DNA from: a virus
Direction: 5' to 3' (one strand)
DNA length: 64,000 nt
Virus record (IMG/VR): IMGVR_UViG_3300022198_002714
Location: 1-64,000 of that record
The stretch's first letter is position 1, and every line of letters begins with the position of its first letter. A model generated the notes under the pieces. That model worked only from the letters and a program-made list of their open reading frames with translations. It had not been told where the DNA came from and did no database searches. Shown one piece after another: positions 58,895 to 64,000 of the stretch. The position numbers and the translations under genes were made by a program.

Positions 58895-59454
58895 TCGTCG
58901 TTTCTATACCGCTTGTCAGGCGTGCCGTCTTTTTTCAACGGCACTTCTTCCTTGACGCCAAGATTGACAGGTTGATTGACTTCAGCAGTATGCTTGGGTG
59001 CGCCTGTCATTTGTGCCATGTCGTACTGACTCACCAACGACGGTGCGCCTCCTTGGACACCCCAACTTGGAGGCATCTGACCGGGGTTGGCTTCCATCCA
59101 CCGCAGTTCACGCTCAAGTTGGGCTTCCTGCATCCGCAGTTCCATCTCAGCGCGTCGGTTGTCGAAGGTGTTCTGCATGTTGCGGAAACGGTACTGCCGC
59201 TCTCGCTCCATGTTGGTTGCCGCAACACGTTCCTGCATGTTCTGCTCAAAGAACATCTTGAACACGTAGTAGGCAACGCCCTGCACAAAGAATGCGGCCA
59301 TGGCGTAGGTGAAACCGTTCACCCACGCATCATCGTTGTTCAGCCACATGCCTGCATCAAACAGGCCAATGGCAAGTCCGACAAGGGCTGACTGCGAGAT
59401 AATCAGACCCATCAGACGAATCTCGGCTTCGTTGGACTGAGGCATAGAGGACAT
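58891..59454 (-). CDS. Membrane protein (2 TM) with coiled coil
   Basis: Two TM segments, an E/R/Q coiled coil, C-terminal PLKKDGTPDKRY. Confidence 0.7.
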   Translation of the reverse strand: MSSMPQSNEAEIRLMGLIISQSALVGLAIGLFDAGMWLNNDDAWVNGFTYAMAAFFVQGVAYYVFKMFFEQNMQERVAATNMERERQYRFRNMQNTFDNRRAEMELRMQEAQLERELRWMEANPGQMPPSWGVQGGAPSLVSQYDMAQMTGAPKHTAEVNQPVNLGVKEEVPLKKDGTPDKRYRNDE

Positions 59455-59504
59455 GCTGCTCAGGCTTGGTCACAGGAATGGTCATCTTAAGGCTTGCGAG
59501 TCAA

Positions 59505-59660
59505 TAGTCACTTTTGTCACCACTTACTTCACCAAAATGAGTATTCACCATTGTACTCTTACACTCTCTCTATTTATTGAGAGTAGTACCTATGAAATAA
59601 TGACAACTCGTTTTGTCATTTACATGAGTAAGGTGGTGACAAAAGTGACAAAAGTGACTA
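59505..59660. repeat. Non-coding nested inverted repeat with GTGACAAAA units (candidate origin/packaging/regulatory site)
   Basis: TAGTCACTTTTGTCACCACTTACT (59505-59528) versus AGTAAGGTGGTGACAAAAGTGACAAAAGTGACTA (59627-59660), plus inner hairpins. Confidence 0.8.
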
Positions 59661-61190
59661 CTCCACTTTGTCAATCTGCCTCAACGTACCACGATTCTTG
59701 AAATGACGGGCACGGTTGTCGTGTTCACTTTCGAGGGTCAGTTTGTTACCTTGAGTGTGGCTCACGTCCATGTGGTCGTGGCTTCCCATAATTCCACGGC
59801 GACGACGCTCACGGTTGAGTTCTTCACGGTACTTGACGCGCTCAGGAGAAGATTCGTACTGTTTGTCGTATTCCAACTTGTGCCGCATGGCTTCGGGACT
59901 TACACGCTCTTTGAGCAACCGCATAGCGATGTCCATTGGTTCGCCTGTTTGAACTTCTTGTGGTGTATAATATACAGAATAAATAGTAGGGTTTTCTTCC
60001 GTACCCCATTTACCTCTATGAATAGGGGTCGCTCCCTGCCTTTTATCAAAGTCATCCCACACCTCTTGGTGCAATTGTTCGGCTGAGCAATTAGGATTTA
60101 TTGATAGATTGCACATATCAGTAAATCCTTCAAAATGAACAGTATGGTCACCTAATCTTTCAACACCTGTATCATCCGGTGTTAATTGATTAAGAAATGC
60201 CTCAACATGTTGTAGTGGGTTATCATCTTTAAGCAGACGGAAGGCCAAGTCCATTGGACTTGCACTCATCTGAATGTCACCATACTGCGGTTGCGACATG
60301 TCAAAGCCCTGTCCAACTTGCTTTGCAGCCATGGCAGGATGCATGCCGCCCTGCACAAGTTGCGTAAATTGGTCGTAGTGCATAGGGTGAACGTCGTACA
60401 TGTTTGCCGTGTTGAGTTCAAACTGCTCTCGCGCAGGAGCGGTGGGGTCACGCGCGTACTGCAAAATCTGCTGAAGTTCGTCCTGTGGTGGGGGACGAGG
60501 TTCTTGATATGACATGTTGGTACCGCTTACTCCGGTTTTTCGCCTTAAATTGAGCAACAATTCTTCCAATTCGTCACTTTTAGGTTGGCTTTCAGTCCTT
60601 GTAGGCCCTCCAATCAAAACAGGTAAAGCATCAGCAGCAATTTTTTTCTGTGCATAAGTACTCAAATGGTCCAAAGGAGTACGATAACCGAAGTTTTCAT
60701 ACGGATTTTTCAAACTACTAAAGGTGGTACCTACACTACTGTCATAGAGTTCGGCTTTTTCCGGCTCAACATACCTTGACAAAAAATTGGACATTGCTTG
60801 CCTCATTGCATCACGGTATTGTTTTGCATTTGCTTCTTGCAATTCTTTTTCCTTTGCTTCTATGTCCAAAGTGTAATCTGCGTTTTGCAAAGCATCAAGC
60901 GTAGCACGCCAATTTTTCATCGCTTTAGACTGTTCACGAAGTGCTTGCTGCGATGGAAGCATCCTTTCAGTTTCCGGCGTGGTCACCAAAGGCTCAAACT
61001 TGGATGACAAATCTTGGACTGAAACATCTTTCTGATTTATGCGGTCTCTAAACACTCCATTAGTTGCTTGCGCCGATAAGTCGTTTTGTGCGTAAATAGC
61101 CTGAAGGAGAGCCTTTAGGCGGGCAACGTGTTCGTCAGATGATAGGGGCATCTGTGCCGCATCAGCAAGTTTCTCGCTAAATGAAGGCAT
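59658..61190 (-). CDS. Tagged polyprotein with two tags and C-terminal HNH-like domain
   Basis: SPMDLAFRLLKD and EPMDIAMRLLKE flank a very AT-rich insert; C-terminal DVSH..LTLESEHDNRAR. Confidence 0.65.
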   Translation of the reverse strand: MPSFSEKLADAAQMPLSSDEHVARLKALLQAIYAQNDLSAQATNGVFRDRINQKDVSVQDLSSKFEPLVTTPETERMLPSQQALREQSKAMKNWRATLDALQNADYTLDIEAKEKELQEANAKQYRDAMRQAMSNFLSRYVEPEKAELYDSSVGTTFSSLKNPYENFGYRTPLDHLSTYAQKKIAADALPVLIGGPTRTESQPKSDELEELLLNLRRKTGVSGTNMSYQEPRPPPQDELQQILQYARDPTAPAREQFELNTANMYDVHPMHYDQFTQLVQGGMHPAMAAKQVGQGFDMSQPQYGDIQMSASPMDLAFRLLKDDNPLQHVEAFLNQLTPDDTGVERLGDHTVHFEGFTDMCNLSINPNCSAEQLHQEVWDDFDKRQGATPIHRGKWGTEENPTIYSVYYTPQEVQTGEPMDIAMRLLKERVSPEAMRHKLEYDKQYESSPERVKYREELNRERRRRGIMGSHDHMDVSHTQGNKLTLESEHDNRARHFKNRGTLRQIDKVE

Positions 61191-61191
61191 A

Positions 61192-62517
61192 TCAATACGT
61201 CCTAAGTTTCTTGTACGCAGCAAGCGCAGATTCTATCATTTCAGGAGACAATTTATCCAAACCTTGTGGGAACGAGCCATGCCTCATGATACCAAGTGGT
61301 GTGTTACTGTATATTGCTTTTGATGCCAACTGACCCGGAATGAACTCTATATTCGATGTAATCTCTTTAACCGATTTATCGTCTGCCTGACGCCTCATAG
61401 CATCAATCAACTCAAGTTTTTCTTCGGTCGTCATCTCACGACCTCCGGGTTGAAGGGGAAAACCTTCCTTGTCGTACGCTCCTTCAAGTGCAGGATGAAT
61501 GGCGGACATTGGAAATTGCGAAGCGTATTCTCGCCATGCTGCTTGTTGTGGACTGACTATTGTTTTGTAAGGATTATCCCTTCTATCAAGCGGATTCAAT
61601 CTTCGTAGCCTCTCTTCAATTGCTGTTGGCTGCATTCGTTCATATGTCATCCAATCCGTATCTTCAGACTTAATTCTCCAATTTGTTGCATTAGGCGTAT
61701 CGCTTTTCCATGAACCACTTGCACGTAAAGGCGTCAAACGACTGTTATCAATGGGTGTCATCGCTACGTATTCGGCGGACTCACCCCCCTTGAATCGTGG
61801 CCGTTCTTGTACCAAATCTCCGGGGTAAAACCCAAGGCCGCGAACGCCAAACAGATTTTCTTTCTTTTCAGAAAGAACCTCATTCATTTCTTTTACATTG
61901 GGTGGAACAAGAAACTGCATGGGCATGCCTTCTTCTGTCTTATATCTGTAAGGTAAAGGGTTGCTCACGTTTTCCTCATAAGAACCAACGTAACTTCGTC
62001 CACTCATAGGGATGAGTTGACCACCGGGAGTGGTCATGACACGCGATGCAATGTCTCCTGTGAAGCGGTATGCGTTGATGGGTGGGATTGAGCCGGGAAT
62101 TACCGTGTTGGTCTGCGGGTCAAGCCACCGCTCGGTGGTCAAACCCGGAATCAGTTGCGGTAGTTTCATCTGCGTGGTAAAACGCACGTTGGGCGGGCTT
62201 TCCCTACCGGCTTCCCAAAGCATACTGTTTGGGTCAAAATCAGCCTGAGCATTCGCTTCGCCTATGTTGAGAATATCTCTCACGGTATTACCGTAAGTGT
62301 AGCCAAAATCCGGACGGCGGGTAAAATCATCAGGGTCAATTGAGTCTTCATACACCGTTTCCATGGTCGGAAACTCAAGCGATTCAGTAGGAACGTGAAT
62401 GGGACCTAAGTACTCACCCCTGTACCTGTTGCGCGGATTTTCAGGAAAACCAAAGTCGCCGGTAAGGGTCGTTTGCCGCTTCAGCAAACGCCATGCCGAC
62501 TCCATTGGGTCCAACAC
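61192..62517 (-). CDS. Tagged protein: N-terminal tag, PIP-like peptide, ART-like domain
   Basis: DPMESAWRLLKR-QTTLTGDF; NAYRF..GRSYVGS..EYVAMTPIDNSRL; SD GAGGTGA. Confidence 0.6.
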   Translation of the reverse strand: MLDPMESAWRLLKRQTTLTGDFGFPENPRNRYRGEYLGPIHVPTESLEFPTMETVYEDSIDPDDFTRRPDFGYTYGNTVRDILNIGEANAQADFDPNSMLWEAGRESPPNVRFTTQMKLPQLIPGLTTERWLDPQTNTVIPGSIPPINAYRFTGDIASRVMTTPGGQLIPMSGRSYVGSYEENVSNPLPYRYKTEEGMPMQFLVPPNVKEMNEVLSEKKENLFGVRGLGFYPGDLVQERPRFKGGESAEYVAMTPIDNSRLTPLRASGSWKSDTPNATNWRIKSEDTDWMTYERMQPTAIEERLRRLNPLDRRDNPYKTIVSPQQAAWREYASQFPMSAIHPALEGAYDKEGFPLQPGGREMTTEEKLELIDAMRRQADDKSVKEITSNIEFIPGQLASKAIYSNTPLGIMRHGSFPQGLDKLSPEMIESALAAYKKLRTY

Positions 62518-62518
62518 T

Positions 62519-63466
62519 TCACCTCAGCATTTTGAGCATGCGCCATGCAAGGTCCATTGGATGCCCGGTTTGCACGGTACCGTTCATCTCGTCCCAAACA
62601 CGTTGTTCGTACTGACGCTGAAGGACTGAAGGATGGGTCTGAGGGTTTGCAATCTGCTTGTTTTCCAAGAAAACTTCACCGGTATCGGGGCACGAAATGG
62701 TGTGCATCTGCCCCAAGTAGTCGTGACCGGGCACAAGGGGTTGCGATTCAATGGTCAAGTCGCTTGGTCGAGGCTGACCTTGCAGGCTACGCATAGTACG
62801 CTGCTTGTCGGCTTCTTCTTGCGCAAGTCGCTTCGCATTGTTAGCCACTTTTGTTTCATAGGCACGCCTGCCTGCGTCCGAGCGCACCTGTGCAGCCTCT
62901 TGAGCAAGCCGCTGCCGCTGCATCTCAATGGCCTCACCCATACCGCGCTGCTCTTCGTTGGTCAACACGGTTGGACTGTTAACCTTGGTTGTGGCAATGT
63001 TTTGCTTGACTTGCTGTTCGGTTTGCCACTCTTCGTCGGTTTGCTCTTTTTCACGGAAGTTCTTCTTGCTACTTGAGGGAGCCATCATTTCAAACTCGCG
63101 CTCGTAATCCTTTTTGGCCTGTACGGGCTTCTTGATGGTTGAAGCAATGGGCTTGACTATTCTTTGCTGCTCGAACCGCTTCTCCTTGGCCTTCTGTTGA
63201 TTGTGCCGTTTGGCTTTTAACATCAACAAAAAATCCCATGCAAGGTCCATTGGCTCGCCGGTCTGAATCTCAGCACCCTGCTTGGCCTGTTCAGCGGCCT
63301 GTTGCGCTTCGGCTACCTGTTGGTCCTTGCGCTTTTCACCGCCCATCATTGCACCAAGGCCTGATGTTGCCGCACCAATCGCGGCTTGACCCTGTGGGCT
63401 TGCAGCAGCAGTAGCCGCTTTACCGGCAGCAGCGGCAATCGGTGCAGCAACCGCAGGCAAAGGCAT
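62519..63466 (-). CDS. Tagged protein with two tags
   Basis: IQTGEPMDLAWDFLLMLKA and C-terminal VQTGHPMDLAWRMLK; Ala/Gly-rich N-terminus. Confidence 0.65.
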   Translation of the reverse strand: MPLPAVAAPIAAAAGKAATAAASPQGQAAIGAATSGLGAMMGGEKRKDQQVAEAQQAAEQAKQGAEIQTGEPMDLAWDFLLMLKAKRHNQQKAKEKRFEQQRIVKPIASTIKKPVQAKKDYEREFEMMAPSSSKKNFREKEQTDEEWQTEQQVKQNIATTKVNSPTVLTNEEQRGMGEAIEMQRQRLAQEAAQVRSDAGRRAYETKVANNAKRLAQEEADKQRTMRSLQGQPRPSDLTIESQPLVPGHDYLGQMHTISCPDTGEVFLENKQIANPQTHPSVLQRQYEQRVWDEMNGTVQTGHPMDLAWRMLKMLR

Positions 63467-63491
63467 ACTTGTCGCAGAAGGTCATAGGTTT

Positions 63492-63989
63492 TCAACAATG
63501 CGTAGTGCAGACTTCCGGCTGAGGGTTCCGCAATCCGTACGCCAATTCGCTTGCTGAGCGCAGTAATCCAGTATCTATGCCGGTTTTGAAACCCCATGCG
63601 TGCAAATGATTCACAAGCGTTTCAGTTGACAAATTGGCTCCGCTGCCTTTAGCAAACGGGCAACCGCCGAGTCCGCCGATGCTGCTATCGAACTCAGTCA
63701 CACCTTCAAGCAACGCTTTGCGCACCAACATGAGCGCACGCTCTTCCTTGTCACGGTGGTGCAGGTGCAGCGCGACGTTCAATCCCTCATCGCGGGCCAT
63801 TTCCACCATCCACGGCAATTCGTGCGGCGCAGCCGCGCCCACGGTGTCAGCAAAAACCACGGTGTTACCAAACATTTTGGCGTCACGTAAGCATGAGCGC
63901 ATGGTGTTCTCGCTGACAAGCCCGCTATCAGGGCTACCAAACGCCATCGAGAGGTACACGCGCACGTTTTCCTTGGGTACATCTTGCAT
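63492..63989 (-). CDS. Hydroxymethylglutaryl-CoA lyase-like (DRE-TIM) enzyme, C-terminal part; probably begins beyond the window end
   Basis: YLSMAFG, FADTVG, ALHLH, FDSSIGGLGGCPFA..NLSTETLV..GFKTGID. Confidence 0.9.
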   Translation of the reverse strand: MQDVPKENVRVYLSMAFGSPDSGLVSENTMRSCLRDAKMFGNTVVFADTVGAAAPHELPWMVEMARDEGLNVALHLHHRDKEERALMLVRKALLEGVTEFDSSIGGLGGCPFAKGSGANLSTETLVNHLHAWGFKTGIDTGLLRSASELAYGLRNPQPEVCTTHC

Positions 63990-64000
63990 AAACGTGCGGT

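Noticed and set aside
59453-59701. 82-aa + strand ORF over the palindromic gap
   Set aside because: Opposite to all neighbours, AT-rich and built from the inverted repeats; more plausibly non-coding.
1-64000. tRNA or rRNA genes
   Set aside because: Intergenic gaps are tiny and no cloverleaf was seen by eye; tRNAscan-SE would confirm.

Overview
The window is the morphogenesis region of a tailed (HK97-fold) archaeal virus. It most resembles magroviruses, which infect Marine Group II Euryarchaeota (Poseidoniales): it has a viral group II chaperonin, GAGGTGA-type archaeal Shine-Dalgarno sites and a halovirus-like head module. This assignment is by recognition, not by database search. After a short + strand block (1-1348), almost everything is on the - strand. 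From right to left it reads: HMG-CoA lyase; accessory polyproteins; a palindromic non-coding element; a membrane-protein/Arf-like GTPase/AbrB cluster; probable TerS; TerL; a LAGLIDADG protein; portal; a 1958-aa protein with a degenerate DNA-ligase domain; prohead protease/scaffold; MCP; small head proteins; adaptor; tail terminator; tail tube; tail chaperones with a candidate -1 frameshift; a short tape measure; a 5520-aa LamG tail protein; hub; and a C1q-tipped fibre. The most striking unexplained feature is a recurrent ~12-aa helical tag, P[MF][DEKN]x[AS][WFM]xx(L)[LVM]K, found 14 times in 9 otherwise unrelated proteins. It sits at protein ends or between unrelated domains, and twice it lies in near-identical in-frame DNA direct repeats that flank inserted modules. 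The domains it delimits look like ADP-ribosyltransferase, HNH and Zn-ribbon cargo, a neighbouring polyprotein carries a kinase-like domain, and several of these proteins have PCNA-binding (PIP-box-like) peptides. My inference is a modular, cassette-shuffled system of capsid-packaged, protease-processed effectors. No tRNA, rRNA, CRISPR array or integrase was seen.
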